Position numbers and translations under genes: made by a program
Shown here: positions 1 to 14,061 of the stretch, piece after piece
How positions within the stretch are numbered: the stretch's first letter is position 1
Layout of the letters: every line of letters starts with the position of its first letter
Notes under the pieces: generated by a model
Told to the model about the DNA's origin: nothing
The model's database searches: none
The model's input: only the letters and a program-made list of their open reading frames with translations
Origin: Eledone cirrhosa
Taxonomy: Eukaryota
Assembly (NCBI GenBank): GCA_964016885.1
Contig: OZ024740.1
Location: 116,932,001-116,996,000 of the forward strand
Direction of reading: 5' to 3'
Length of the DNA stretch: 64,000 nt

Positions 1-213
1 ACGGAATAGAAAATGCTGACAAATTGTTCACAGTCGAAAAATGGTTTAATTAGGAATAAAAGAGTATTAGTGATTGTATGGGTTAGTATTCAGTTGTGGT
101 TTTAAGTTTTTAAGTTTTTACCGGTTGCGCATTTCTAAATGCTTTTCAAAAATAATTTTGAGATAGAGTGTCCGTGTTGTTTGCTCTGATCTGATTAGTT
201 TTGGGAATTCTAC

Positions 214-459
214 CTGTTTTTATGTTAAAAAAGTGGCTCCAGCGTTACTTTGGTGTAGCAAAAATTCTTGTGGTCAAAACAATTTTGATTGGTCGGTAGA
301 GGTCATGTGAATGTAAAAAATTGATTTTGCGCCAAGACTGTTTTTATGTTAAAAAAGTGGCTCCAGCGCTACTTGGTGTTTGCAAAAATTCTTGTGGTCA
401 AAACAATTTTGATTGGTCGGTAGAGGTCATGTGAATAAAAGATTGGTTTTGCGCCAAGA
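214..459. repeat. 124-bp tandem duplication (2 copies)
   Basis: ctgtttttatgttaaaaaagtggctccagcg...gcgccaaga starts at 214 and again at 338, with few differences. Confidence 0.9.
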
Positions 460-484
460 TTGAGAAATGACTCTTTCACAACAA

Positions 485-522
<38 letters not shown>

Positions 523-590
523 TAGTAGTAAGGTGTTCGATGTTGTGATAATGGTTAGCAGGGATGTGTGTCAAATGGCTATTAAGATAA

Positions 591-621
<31 letters not shown>

Positions 622-804
622 GCAGAGTAATTCGTGGTAGCAGGGATGGTCAGTAAGAATGTGTCTGAAAGCAATGGGGGGTATTTTAGCATGTCAAAAG
701 ATATTTTTCAGCTTTTGTCTTATACGGAGAAGTGCGTGTGTGTGTGTGTGTGTGTGTGTATAAGTCTCTTTGTATGTTAATGTACGCGTGTGTATGTGTG
801 TGTG

Positions 805-845
<41 letters not shown>

Positions 846-1012
846 ACCAGTATTTTTTTTCCCTGGTAAAATGGTGTACATTATTCGATTTTTTCAGTAA
901 AATCGGTTCTCTTAATAGAACATCAAAAATCTTAACAATAAAAGGTGTGAAATGATATTCACTATATATATATACACATACATATATTCACTATATATAT
1001 ATGTATATAAAT

Positions 1013-1055
<43 letters not shown>

Positions 1056-1231
1056 TTTTTTTGTGTTGCACTATAGAGCATGTGTGTTTACGTATGTCAT
1101 TGTGTTTATATGTGGGTAGAGATGTGTGCTGATGTAGGTATGTATGTTGACGTGTGTATGTTGTGGGTTCGTCTTAGGGAGAAGTGTTTAGACATATATA
1201 AATATATATATATATAAATATATATATATAC

Positions 1232-1288
<57 letters not shown>

Positions 1289-1319
1289 TATATATATAAA
1301 TATATATGTATAAATATAT

Positions 1320-1523
1320 GGAGAAAAACCACAGACCCTCCATCTCAACTCTACTTTGGAAAAGCAAAAGAACTGCGAAACCGGTAAAGGCACCAAATAA
1401 ATATATATATATTTTTTTAATAAGACTCCAGTTGCATTTTCGATTTCATCTTTTTTCTTTATACTTTCACTCGTGTAGGACACCTCGGTTATTTTTCATT
1501 TTGTAAAAATAACTTCACTTTCT
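1320..1523 (+). mobile_element. PLE-like 3'-end fragment (family B) with degenerate hammerhead, between (TA)n tracts
   Basis: Reverse-complement homologue at 51503-51742. Contains gca(a/g)-aagaa-ctgc stem II, then GAAA ccggta (palindromic accggt). The CUGAnGA box has decayed to ttggaaaa/tttgaaaa. Confidence 0.55.
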
Positions 1524-1536
1524 AATATATATATAT

Positions 1537-1726
1537 AACGAAGGAAATGTGGTAAGGAACCAGGTGGCCCATAACGCACCAAAATACTCAATACTTAGGA
1601 TAGTAGAGTGGGTAATAGGAACGAGTAGGACCCCGACGGCTGAGCTCAAGCCGTTTCGACGGCTAATTCTAGTCCAGAATTAGCCGTCGAAACGGCTTGA
1701 GCTCAGCCGTCGGGGTCCTACTCGTT

Positions 1727-1731
<5 letters not shown>
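1537..1731 (-). mobile_element. Fold-back short retro-insert (family A) in (TA)n
   Basis: Perfect 56-bp inverted arms at 1615-1670 and 1676-1731. Same family at 5484, 15404, 45516 and 54381; all copies end ...ttccttcgtt-(TA)n. Confidence 0.8.
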
Positions 1732-1779
<48 letters not shown>

Positions 1780-1781
<2 letters not shown>

Positions 1782-1913
1782 CACAAGCTTCTGCAGTTTC
1801 CGTTTACCAGAATTAATTCCCATGTCATTGGACAACCCAAGTGTATACTACAAGACATTTGCCCTGAAACCACTTGGCTGCAAAGCGAATTCCTCAACCA
1901 CACAGCCATGCCT
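1780..1913 (-). mobile_element. Degenerate tRNA-derived SINE
   Basis: Reverse complement begins aggcatggctgtgtggttgagg (A-box-like). Related copy at 8897-9045. Confidence 0.55.
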
Positions 1914-2391
1914 TGCGCATATAACGCAACACATTGAAAATTCACATAATGACAGAAAGAATCTAAATTATTTCTACAAACAAAATCTGTAATCGGAATT
2001 GCTTATTTATACGCAAACATAGTGTTTACATTTTCAACGTTATTTATAAATAATTTTTCATTAATATTATGGTAAATTAAAAAAAAGTATGAAGTGAACA
2101 TTATCAATCATGTAATGTCTCTTGTTTACATAAAAGTAAATATAACCGAGGAAATTTAAATAGATTAAATGATATCTACCCCAATAACAGCATAAGATTT
2201 TATTTTTAAGTCCTTGTGATTAAATGCACCGAAATCACAAGAACCCTCAAAGGTCAACTGATGAGAAGGGAATTCCTGTGTTTCCGATGTTTCCACCTAC
2301 TCCTTTTTTGAATAAATTTCATAGGATCTTACCCACACGGGACATTTTTTCAAATTGCTATGCTTATATATATATAAATATATATATATAT

Positions 2392-2456
<65 letters not shown>

Positions 2457-2466
2457 GATAACAAGT

Positions 2467-2574
2467 TATTCCGATGATTTGATCAGAGACACACACTGTA
2501 TTTAAGGTCAGTGACGCAATTTCGAGTGACCAGCGGCCTTTAGACTCACCTAATCAATGAAACAATTGTTAATA
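2467..2574 (+). ncRNA. Hammerhead ribozyme motif, CCGAUGA core, extended stem II
   Basis: tatt CCGATGA tttgat...(long insert)...atcaat GAAA caattg TT aata. Stem I tatt/aata; palindromic caattg stem III. Confidence 0.6.
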
Positions 2575-2718
2575 CTGTAAATAAAACCCTTTTTGTACAT
2601 GGTATGCCTCACTCTTTCACTATATATACATATATATATGAAAACAGGGAGAAAAAGACGATTATTAGGAAGAAAAATATATTTTTTCCCTTTTATTTCT
2701 TTCTCTCTTTTTTCTGGG

Positions 2719-2762
<44 letters not shown>

Positions 2763-2891
2763 TCTCATTGTATTGTCTTCTTTTCAGTCAGTAAACGCTG
2801 GCCATGCAGGGATACCGCCTTACTATGGTCGTGCATATCGACCCCAGTACTTATTTTTGGTAGATATTTTATGTGTCTTTATGTCGATCTG

Positions 2892-2963
<72 letters not shown>

Positions 2964-3010
2964 GTACGCACACAAACACACACACATTCACGCACACACA
3001 TACACAGGCA

Positions 3011-3051
<41 letters not shown>

Positions 3052-3828
3052 GTATATGACAGGCTTCAGCATTTTCCGTTTACCAAATTCAATTCATTAT
3101 AATATATAAATATATATATATATATATGGGAAGGAGTTCATGTGTGTATGTGTGTATGTGTGGTGTGTGCGTGTGTGTGTGTGTGTGCGCACATATGTAT
3201 TGAAAGAGAGGGGCAAGGAGAGAAGATAGACACACAGAGGGAATAAGAGGTATCTCAATTTTGGCATATTAATTCGGTTATCAGTAAACCATTAGATCAT
3301 ATAATGATATGTAAGTAACTGGTTCCTGCTACATCTTATCATAATGTATTAATTCACCGGATCACATATCACTTATTTTCCTTTCATCTGTTCCAACTCC
3401 TCTTGCTAAATTACCATCATGTAATTATTGTATTCTATATTATCATTGTTATTTATTCCATTGTCTTACTAGTTTTTTTCTTCTTAGTTATACTATGAAG
3501 CCTATGAGAAACTCCACCCTCCGGGCTGATTTATCCTGCTCTATGCAATATATGTATATGTATATTTATATGTATACACACGCACACACACGTGCGCACA
3601 CACACACACACGTGCGCGCACACACACACACACACACACACATACATAGTGCTCTATATGCAAATGATATTTCATTCGTAAAAAGCATATAAGCTTTAGT
3701 TTATTCTTGTCTCAGAACTGATTAAGTAAATGTACACTCCCTATTTTGAATTTATATTCTAAAGTATTAGCCATGTGGATGAGACTATCTATCTATTTAT
3801 CTACCTATCTATCTATATATATATATAT

Positions 3829-3958
<130 letters not shown>

Positions 3959-5483
3959 GAAAATAGAGAAATTAATGTGAGCAAGAAGCCAACAGTAATT
4001 CATACATGTAAGTGACTATTGCGTCAAGATGGAAAATATTTAACGTAAGATATGGGAAAATAATTCAATCTCAATTCAAAAAAAGTCAAGACAGAAATTT
4101 TATCCACAGATTTTGTGTAATCCAGGGAAAAAACCAATAGTCTTAACTCAGAATAAAATTAAGGGTAAATACTTATCCTTCAATTTGGAAAAATCTACAA
4201 ATGCTCTATATAGTCTTAAAAAGACTATTTCACGAAACTTTTCATTGGCGTTAGTCACGGTTGGAACCGTTCATCAATAGAGCTCAACACGATAACTAAG
4301 AACCACAGCTAAAATATGCCAAAAGGGAATTTAAAAGTGTGGAATTAAGATAATATACACACATGGAGAACAGGGCTGGTGACGTCAGAATGAGACGAAT
4401 GACTGTTTACAAGAAACAGCAGTCAAAACATTCCGAAAAAAACTCAACAAAAAGTATGGAGTTCATATATATATATATTTCGACCAGGTTTGATGGTCTT
4501 TATTCTCTCTCGTCCACGATTTCACAGAACTTATATTCATCGATTTCTGGGACTTGACTCCCTCTTCCTCACTTTTCGTTGCATTACCATCTTTGATTGT
4601 TTACACTCTCGCTCGTTCCCCTTATTTACGTGTCCCAACGACTTTCTTTAGCCGTTGCTCGTACCAACCGGAGGTATATGGTCTTTAAAGCGATGAAATA
4701 CCAATGAAGGTTGGAAGATATATATATATATATACATATATATATGTTTATGTGTGTATATGCAAAAAGTAACCGGAAACAACAAAGCAAACAACACCGT
4801 ACAATGAAGCAGTATTAATTTGTTTAACGCCTGATATAGTTTTATATATATATTAGATGATCATCAGATCAGACCTAAGAAACTCTGTTTCCATTGGGCT
4901 TTCTGATTGCTGTCTTCGTCGACTGCAAGTTCTGACAGAAGCGCCATCCCTTTTTAGGTGACATGAGGTGGAATTGATCTCAGAAAGTAAAAATACGCTT
5001 TATCAATTTCGTCAATCAATAGCCAGTGGACTGATATTATTCATATGAATTCAGAAAGGAAAAGCTTACCTTGAAGGGTTTTAATTTAGAGCACAGTACG
5101 ATGGATCCAATGCCGAGTCATTTAATCCAATGCTCAAGGACCAAAGCAACGAGAAAACCGACTCAGGATAATTTGACAAATCTGGACCATCGCGTCGATA
5201 TTAGGCAATATCTCCGTTAGGTTTCTGTGAAACCGAATTCAACAAAATCCACTTGCGGGGTATGCAAGTTATTTTGTTTTGGAAGATCGAACAGAGCTTT
5301 CACTTTCTCAACAGGTATCCGTTCTCCGCCGCTGCCGGGTGTGAGTTTTAGCAGTAACACTGCTGGCGGTCACATGGTTTTCTCAGATAAATTGATATAG
5401 TGACTACTCGATAGTAGTTACGCAATACCATATCATTAGTCTCTATAGTATAGATCCATCTCACCGTCTTCGTAAAGGAAAAT

Positions 5484-5595
5484 GTGGATAATAGGAGGGT
5501 CTTGAACATTTTCCTATTATCCACTCTAGATCCCTATGTATTGAGTACTCTGGTGCGTTATGGTCCATCTGGTTCCTTACCACACTTCCTTCGTT
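5484..5595 (+). mobile_element. Family A retro-insert, short, with 13-bp fold-back
   Basis: gtggataatagga / tcctattatccac inverted pair, then the family A 3' end ggtgcgttatggtccatctggttccttaccacacttccttcgtt-(TA)n. Confidence 0.75.
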
Positions 5596-5613
5596 ATATA
5601 TGTATGTATATAT

Positions 5614-5655
<42 letters not shown>

Positions 5656-5874
5656 GGGGAGGGAAAGAGCTTCCAATGGTGAGACTGGGGAGAACACTAA
5701 TCATGGTAGTACTCAATGAATTGGGAGATAAGTAAAATTTTGACCGCGGCGCCAAGCAGGATTTTACCTCTCTCTCTCTCCATATATATATATATGTATT
5801 TGGTGTGGGATGCTTAAAAAGTCCGTATTTGGCAGGCCGTTTGAACGCTCGATGCTCTTACAGAGCAGAGTATA

Positions 5875-6151
5875 ATATCACATAAGAAACGGAGAATCAG
5901 TGGTGCGAGGAATTAGAATTTATTAGACATATTACAATCGTTTCCCTGGCTCACCAGCTCGAGGTACAATCGATGCGATGCCACATTTGGAAATTCTGCT
6001 TCGAAGGATTGAGACGTGTCTGAAGAACTTGCGATTTCAGAGTCACGTTCGATCATTGCATCGATCGTGCCTCGAGCTGGTCGCCAGAAAAACGATTTTA
6101 ATATCTCTAATATATTCTAATTCGTCGCACCACTGATTCTCCGTTTCTTAT

Positions 6152-6158
<7 letters not shown>
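5875..6158 (+). mobile_element. Fold-back PLE-like end with extended-stem-II hammerhead (6014-6106)
   Basis: Inverted arms of about 105 bp (5875-5980 and 6054-6158). acgtgt CTGAAGA a-cttgcga...tcgccag. GAAA cgattgta atatgt is intact in the left arm (reverse complement) and mutated in the right arm. Confidence 0.7.
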
Positions 6159-6244
<86 letters not shown>

Positions 6245-6835
6245 TAAGTGAGAAAAAGATATCTAAAAAGAATCGACCGCTATACTAGACTGGTATTTTT
6301 TTATCGAGCTCGAACGGTTGAAAGGTAAAGTTGACCTCGGTGGAATTTGAATTCAGAAATTAGAGAGCCACAGTAGCGTGCAAAATGTTTTTCTTTCTCA
6401 TAATATTTCTCAGTATATTAGGCCTTATACTTGAGTTTTTGCTGCATACAATCAAGATTTTCCCCGGCCATTACCAGAGCTTTGCACACCGCTGGAGAAC
6501 CGAAGCAAATAACACAAAGCATTTTATCTGACGTTCTAATAACACTATCAATTCGCCACCGTGTGCAAATAAATTACGGCTGATTATATCAAATGATCAT
6601 CCTCAATGCTGTTTTTACTTTAAAGGTGGATGAAGGTGTAACACTCAAACGATGACAGAATTCACGAAAGAATGGGCGATCCCAAGAATTATCAGATTTA
6701 AAGGACATAATGATGGGACAATGCCACACAATCTCATAATTAATGGGATATGTTGCTCCTCTCCCATCGTCCTGAACATAAGATGCATTTCATCTGTAGC
6801 GTGTGTGTATGGAAATATATATACAGTATGAAAGG

Positions 6836-6868
<33 letters not shown>

Positions 6869-7567
6869 CACATACATATATAGATGAATATATACAGATG
6901 AATCTTTGTTTAACGGAGTGTTAGCTATTTTTAATCAAATTATGTAGTGTTCTACTTTTTTAACTCATAAAGGAACATATGTGACTGAAGAATTTATAAG
7001 GTGTCATATGTTTTAATTTAGTTAATCAGTTACATATTTTGGAGAGATAAGATCTTCTTTAAACTCTCTTTGAATCACTGATGCACAGAAAATAGTTATA
7101 AATATAAAATGTAATTCAATAGTATTTTTATGGTTGTTATTATTTTCAAATTAGAACTCTATTTTGCTGGAGCCAAAAATCCACGTTTATGAATCTTAAC
7201 TTTTAACCCTGATCAAGCAGACTAATGGCGTAGGCAAGGTCGGATCTAGACCTTTGGGGGCCCGGAGAACTTCAGGTGTGTGGGCTCGGGGCACTAAGGG
7301 TTTGGTTGTGTGTGTGTGTGGGGGGGGGGGGGGTCATACACAAACAAATAAAATACACACCCAATTTACATATCAAATCGGCTGGCACAAGTAACTGGTA
7401 TTGAAAAGTTATGCATACAGGTACTAAATTAAAAACAATCGAACCATTTTCACTTTATCTCCACTTTCCACACTGGAATGTGTTAGATAGGTTCTCGTAG
7501 TCCGAGACCAGACATATCGGAGCAATGTTATTTTGCTCATACATTGCTCATACATTGCTCATACATA

Positions 7568-7757
7568 GGGCGGTGGATTGGCAGTATCGGTAGAGGGTCG
7601 GACGTCATGCTTTGACGCATAGAGTTACGGCCCTTGCCATTCTGAGTTCAATTCCCGCCAAGGTTAACTTTGCCTTTCATCTTTACGTGGTCGATAAAAT
7701 AAAGTACCAGTAATGTACTGAGTAATTACTGGCCTTGTGCCAATAGTAGAAACAGTT
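7568..7757 (+). mobile_element. tRNA-derived SINE (young family S1; middle resembles the Meta domain)
   Basis: gggcggtggattggcagtatcgg A-box region, gagttcaattccc B-box, gcctttcatc...gtcgataaaataaagtaccag body. TSD ttattttgctcatacat. Confidence 0.9.
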
Positions 7758-8266
7758 ATTTTGCTCATACATTACATAATTGGCATGGTTTCTATGGCTG
7801 GATGTGCACTTATTTTTGCAATACCAGCACAATCACTTTACACAGCGACATCAAATACTTTTTATTAGAATATTGTTCTGATAACAACCTTATATCCCTA
7901 AAGTTGACAAAATATGATGAATTTTGCTATAGTAAGGACATTAAATAATTTTTGTTAACAATATAGGTCTCATTGTCAAAGGGATAACATTAAAAAATTC
8001 AGCAGAGGAAACAAATAAATTGCTACAGCCGTAGCTAGTACCCCCTCACTGTGAGGGGAACGGGGAAATTGCCCTCTTTGCCCCCTATTAAATCCGTCAC
8101 TGAGTTTATGATCAAAAAGGTTTCTCCTCAAATGGCTATGCTCTCTTCATTTTTTCAGACATATTTTATCTCGAATTCCATTATTCAATGTATCAGCATA
8201 GTTCATAAGAAGCCTTGTGAGATATGTGGTTATGAATGTTTTAGGAACGTTGTTACCATGAACATT

Positions 8267-8512
8267 AGAAATACAAGAATGAAAATTAGAATAGAGTAAT
8301 GTAAGAAAAACAAAAGAAAACAACAGTTTCAACTTTTACTTTATATTTCACGATATTTCGAGGCTAGCAATACTTCTTTCTTTTGAAAGAAGAAGTCCAA
8401 ACCTCGAAATACCATGAAATATAGGATAAAGATGTAAACTGGTGTTTTGTTTTAATTTTATTAATTTACTCAACTGTAGTTTTCACTCATAATTTGTTCT
8501 ATTTTGTATTTC
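8267..8512. repeat. Old, degenerate fold-back insert
   Basis: tttcacgatatttcgagg...cctcgaaataccatgaaa inverted arms around an acttctttc/gaaagaag hairpin. Confidence 0.5.
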
Positions 8513-8706
8513 AATTGCTTTCCCCAAACAACCAGGACCATTAATTAGTGTAAACTATTTTCAAGTTTGAGGAATATATGGCTATTATGTTTGGCAGATC
8601 GAGCGACTACATAAAGATTCTTATAGTGAAGTGTATTTATTATTAAGAAAAAATGTATCGTATGTTCTGATTGAAGGTTTGGAAAGCTCTAAACTCTTAG
8701 GAATAT

Positions 8707-8894
8707 AATAATTGTTTCTACTTTTGGCACAAGGCCAGCAATTACCCAGTGTATTACTGGTACTTTATTTTATCGACCCCGTAAGGATGAAAGGCAAAGT
8801 TAACCTCGGCGGGATTTGAACTCAGAATGGCAAGGGCCGTAACTCTATGCGTCAAAGCATGGCGTCCGACCCTCTACCGATACTGCCAATCCAC
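8707..8894 (-). mobile_element. SINE S1
   Basis: Near-identical to the copy at 63451-63637. Confidence 0.9.
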
Positions 8895-8896
8895 AA

Positions 8897-9045
8897 TAAT
8901 GGCTTCCATGTGCCCAATTTCACCCAAAAGGAATGGCTCAATTCAAAGCGATTGTAAATGACACATGCCAAGACGCCACGCAATGGAATCGAACCTGGGA
9001 CCTCATGATTGAGAACTAAATTCTGTAACCATTTGTCTATACTGC
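8897..9045 (-). mobile_element. Degenerate tRNA/CORE-like SINE
   Basis: Reverse complement contains ggttcgattcc B-box followed by gcgtcttggcatgtgtc. Confidence 0.55.
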
Positions 9046-9331
9046 GTTCAGAAAAAACAAAAGCAATTACATCATGCAAGAGCCATTTAATATATCTGAC
9101 ACTTCACACAAACTATTATATTCACTTTTCGTTTATTTCGTAAGGTGCCAGATCTGGTCACTGTCAGTATTCGACTGTAGCTATTGTAAATTTAGTTACT
9201 AAATTGTTATGTATGTTTTCCAAATTACACTTAATTCCTTTTGAACAAAGAAAACTGCGTTTGTGTGTATGTGTGTATATGTACGTGGGCCTTCATCGAT
9301 TCTGACAATGGGGTGGGGGTGGGGGTGGGGG

Positions 9332-9515
9332 GCTTCCAGTTTTAGCGATCAGTGGAACAGCCTGCTCCTGAAATTTACGTGCTGTTGGCTAAGCATTCCA
9401 TAAACACGTATACTCTTAACATAATTCTCAGGGAGATTCAGCTTGACACTGTGTGACAAGTCTAGCCTATTGAATTACAGATGCAATTCATTTTTTCCAG
9501 CTAAGTGGACTAAAG
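9332..9515 (-). mobile_element. SINE family S3 fragment
   Basis: ggaacagcctgctcctgaaatttacgtg...ttgaattacag is shared with 46705-47110 and 60705-61040. Confidence 0.7.
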
Positions 9516-9669
9516 TAATGCGCTGCCATTACATGCTGAATTTCTTAAATGTTTTACATATTTTTACAGTTCCTTTAATAAATTGTACGTGCAACTTCCT
9601 AACTAGCCGTGCCGTTTCTGTTCCTTGAAGCCTAACTTCTCAAGATTTGTACTGAGGCAGTTAATAACA

Positions 9670-10365
<696 letters not shown>

Positions 10366-11001
10366 CATGCAAAAGGAGATAACTAAAAGTAGCAATACAA
10401 TACTTCGGGACAAATCAGATGATTGGATTAAAGTGTAAAAGATATTTTAGATCCCTCAATTACTCTTCTTTCCTTTCACTTTCTTTCGCCTTTCCTTTCA
10501 TCCTTGCTTCCTTTGCTCCCTTATTTCTTTAATGTTTTTAATAAAAAAAAAATGAACACAGAACAGAGTTGCCAAAACTGGATGGGAGTTCAAATAGCAG
10601 ATACACCCTCTCGTTTAGACTAAAAGTACTAACAAGCTGTACGGTCTAGTGTTATTCGAACAACGAGTACATATGTTATACGATATAGCCATTAGACGGT
10701 GATAAATAGATCGCTTGTTCTGATAATAATCAGTAGTTGGTAATTTTTGTTGTTTATGTCTTGACACAGATTTTGTTTTCGTAATTTTATTTTTGTGCTA
10801 TTTTTTAAATTTATTATTATTAACATTTATATTTATTGCAGAAAGATGTATTAATTAATTAGTCCAATGCTTATTAGTTTCATTGAAAAGCAATATTGAA
10901 AGAGAAAGAGAGGGAGAGAGAAGGTGAGGAAAGCTATTGAAGAGTGAAAGAGAGAGAAAGAGAAATTGCTGATACATACACTCACACAGACACGCACGCA
11001 C

Positions 11002-11122
<121 letters not shown>

Positions 11123-11124
11123 CA

Positions 11125-11188
11125 CAGGCTGTACCCAAAATTGTATACACACTTCAACAGCATTCTAATAAATATGTTCTGAGGCACC

Positions 11189-11191
<3 letters not shown>
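11125..11191. mobile_element. Tiny Tc1/mariner-type MITE
   Basis: caggctgtacccaaaa...gaggcaccctg|TA. Related copy at 60591-60663 ends ggacaccctg|TA. Confidence 0.6.
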
Positions 11192-11227
<36 letters not shown>

Positions 11228-11232
<5 letters not shown>

Positions 11233-11446
11233 AGATCAAAAGATGGTTAAAGGAGTTCCATGTATTTTATTATGCGCATTTCAAAAACAAACATCATCAT
11301 GCAATAATATTTGTGTTTTCATCAGATAAAACAGGAGAACATGATATGAAGGCTAAAAAACACTTGTGGATAGTGCAGTTTTAAATCAACATAATGCGCA
11401 TAATAAAATACATGGAACTCCTTTAACCATCTTTTGATCTTATATT
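11228..11446 (-). mobile_element. Fold-back PLE-like end (family C)
   Basis: Arms 11228-11280 and 11393-11446 are perfect inverted copies. Homologous to 21857-22022. Confidence 0.85.
11263..11333 (-). ncRNA. Hammerhead ribozyme, intact core
   Basis: Reverse complement: tgttttat CTGATGA aaacacaaatat...atgtttgttttt GAAA tgcgca TA ataaaata. 8-bp stem I, palindromic atgcgcat stem III, AUA triplet. Confidence 0.85.
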
Positions 11447-11529
11447 ATGTATACTCCAGTCCTACAAACTGTAGAGTGCTTCTTATCCGATATCTGCATT
11501 GCTTTATTGTACTACAATAAAACTCACCT

Positions 11530-11677
<148 letters not shown>

Positions 11678-12232
11678 AGTGTGTATTACGTTTTGAGTTC
11701 AAATCACTACTTTGTAGTTTTATCTTACATCCTTCCAAAGACGATAAAGTAGCCGTAAAATACTTGGGTAAATATAATCGCAATACGTTACCCAAAGACT
11801 TATAACAATATTTTTTGGTTATTTCCTCAACAGAATATCTCAGACAGGCTAGATTTCCACATGCCGGAAGATGTACTACAGAAAATCTTAAGTAATCCCA
11901 CATTAATTCCCAAGTTCTATAAATTTCATGAGATAAAAAAAGCACTTTCGTAATTGAAAACCATGTTTTGGGGTTTGATAAAGGGTAAAACGATGCAAAA
12001 AAAAAAAATAAATAAAATAATAATAAATAAAACAGTAGCTATATATTATGACATGAATTACTTCTAATTTCTTGTATACAATAAATAATGAAATTATATA
12101 TGGAAGTATCGTTTTCTTGTTTAGAACTTTTGTGATAATTTCGTTACGTCTTTATTTATATATTGATATATTATTTATGTATTGATTTCATATTGGGTGC
12201 CTTGCTTGTTAAATGTGTACTCTCTAAGAGGG

Positions 12233-12277
<45 letters not shown>

Positions 12278-12397
12278 TTAGTTAAGCAAAACAAGACCAC
12301 AAATTTCACAAGGAAGACATTATTAAAAGATTGTCAACATATTTTGATGTAAGGAATGTAGAGAATAATAATAATCATATTAATAATAATAATGTCC

Positions 12398-12516
12398 GTT
12401 TACAATTGTTTCGCTACTCCATATAATATTTCTGGATCAGATGACTATATATCATTATTGATCTGATTCAGTTGAAAATAATTAACATATTTAAAAACAG
12501 AGCGGCTCATCGGAAC
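12398..12516 (-). ncRNA. Hammerhead motif, CCGAUGA core, extended stem II
   Basis: Reverse complement: gtt CCGATGA gccgctc...(about 80 nt, internal atcagat/atctgat hairpin)...gagtagc GAAA caattg TA aac. Confidence 0.7.
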
Positions 12517-12783
12517 TTCAAAGGAATATAAATTAAAATAAAGAGAGAATGTTACATAATGTAATGTTCCATATATTGGTATTTCACTATGGTGTTCTGG
12601 TTGTATCAATTGTCAGCCATAATCAAGCAGTATTCATCTGTCGAGGCTGCATTGTGTGAGATCTGCCTATGGGTAACAAGATGGCCGCCAAAGAACATAT
12701 TTACCTTACTAATTAGAGGGTGGTTTCGAGAGATTAGAAATTGTGGGTAGTTTATAGTTAAGTGCTCGGTATATTATATTATA

Positions 12784-12975
12784 GGTCGGTGGATTGGCAG
12801 TATCGGTAGAGGGTCGGGTGCCATGCTTTGAAACATAGAGTTACCTACCTTTATTGTCTGAGTTCAAATCCCGCCGAGGTTAACTTTGCCTTTCTTCCTT
12901 ACGGGGTCGATAAAATAAAGTACCAGTAATGCACTGGGATAATTGCTGGCCTGGTGCCAAAAGTAGAAACAATTA
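12784..12975 (+). mobile_element. SINE S1
   Basis: Full head, body and tail match the other S1 copies. Confidence 0.9.
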
Positions 12976-13306
12976 TTATTAATATGATTATTATTATTCT
13001 CTACATTCCTTACATCAAACTAAAATATGTTGACAATCTTTTAATAATGTCTTCCTTGTGAAATTTGTGGTCTTGTTTTGAATATTTCCAGCTCTGCGCA
13101 CCTAACTTCTACATGAACCCAGACACCTAGCTGCTTTCTACTGCATATTGTACATTGAGCACATGCCTTTACGCTTTGGCTTCTAACTAATTCACCAATC
13201 TCTCCTCTCCTATCTCCTCCCATATCTCCATCTCTCTCTTTAAGATTGGTTACTCTTGAACTGTGTGTATATATATATATATATATACATACATACATAT
13301 ATATAT

Positions 13307-13857
13307 GGTGGCTGCCAACTCGTTTTCGAGTACGGCCACTACTTTATATTCCTGTAGGAGAACTCCTACCGATGCGCTGAACGAGTGTGACTTTTTAGTC
13401 CAGCCAGCGACTTGAAAACTCTGGTACAAACACTACACTTGTGACAATTATTGACACATAGTGCTGGGCCCATGGTACCATGTGACGACAAGTGCAGAGA
13501 GATCCCCAGATATAAAGCAATGCCTGTGCCGTGAAGCTTTTATAGTGAGCAAAGGCACTGCACAAAGCTAGTCCCACTCTCTTAACCAAGATGATATTTA
13601 CCAAAAATAAGAACAAGTCAACATCATTGGATACCATCAGAGTTGCAGATGTTATATCAGAGTTTTCCTTCTCCTAGAATTCTGTCTTGACAAAGGCTAA
13701 GGGGTCATCTCTCCCGGTGATTTTGGATGGCCATTGACTCTTAAGAGCTCCTTTGCCCTTTGACAGGTTTTGTTTTTAGTCCTGCAGGATGTCCAAAGTC
13801 ACCCACCTCACCAAGAAACCTTGGTAGGGTTGCCAGTTTAGTTGCCAACGACCCGAC
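13307..13857 (-). mobile_element. About 550-bp non-coding repeat in (TA)n, possibly an RTE-derived non-autonomous element
   Basis: A highly similar second copy at 45850-46346 has the same left end. Reverse complement contains ctaggagaaggaaaactctgat, which resembles RTE 5'-UTR sequence. Confidence 0.6.
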
Positions 13858-13878
13858 TATATATATATATATATATAC

Positions 13879-13971
<93 letters not shown>

Positions 13972-14018
13972 CATACATATACATACATACATATATATAC
14001 ATACATACATATATATAC

Positions 14019-14061
<43 letters not shown>

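Larger units (their letters stand above)
12287..13262. mobile_element. Fold-back PLE-like end interrupted by a SINE
   Basis: Inverted arms at 12287-12392 and about 12972-13080. Hammerhead inside; SINE S1 at the junction; TA tracts on both sides. Confidence 0.7.

Noticed and set aside
2255-2325. CTGATGA gaaggga...tcctttt hammerhead candidate
   Set aside because: GAAA is GAAT and stems I and III do not pair; at best a decayed copy. The candidates at 24975-25015 and 34065-34105 are similarly degenerate.
6645-6795. Minus-strand terminal exon candidate
   Set aside because: The acceptor is poor and no homology is recognised.
7234-8102. Single hAT-like element bounded by caaggtcggatcta / taaatccgtcactg
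   Set aside because: The ends match poorly and there is no TSD; these are probably separate relics.
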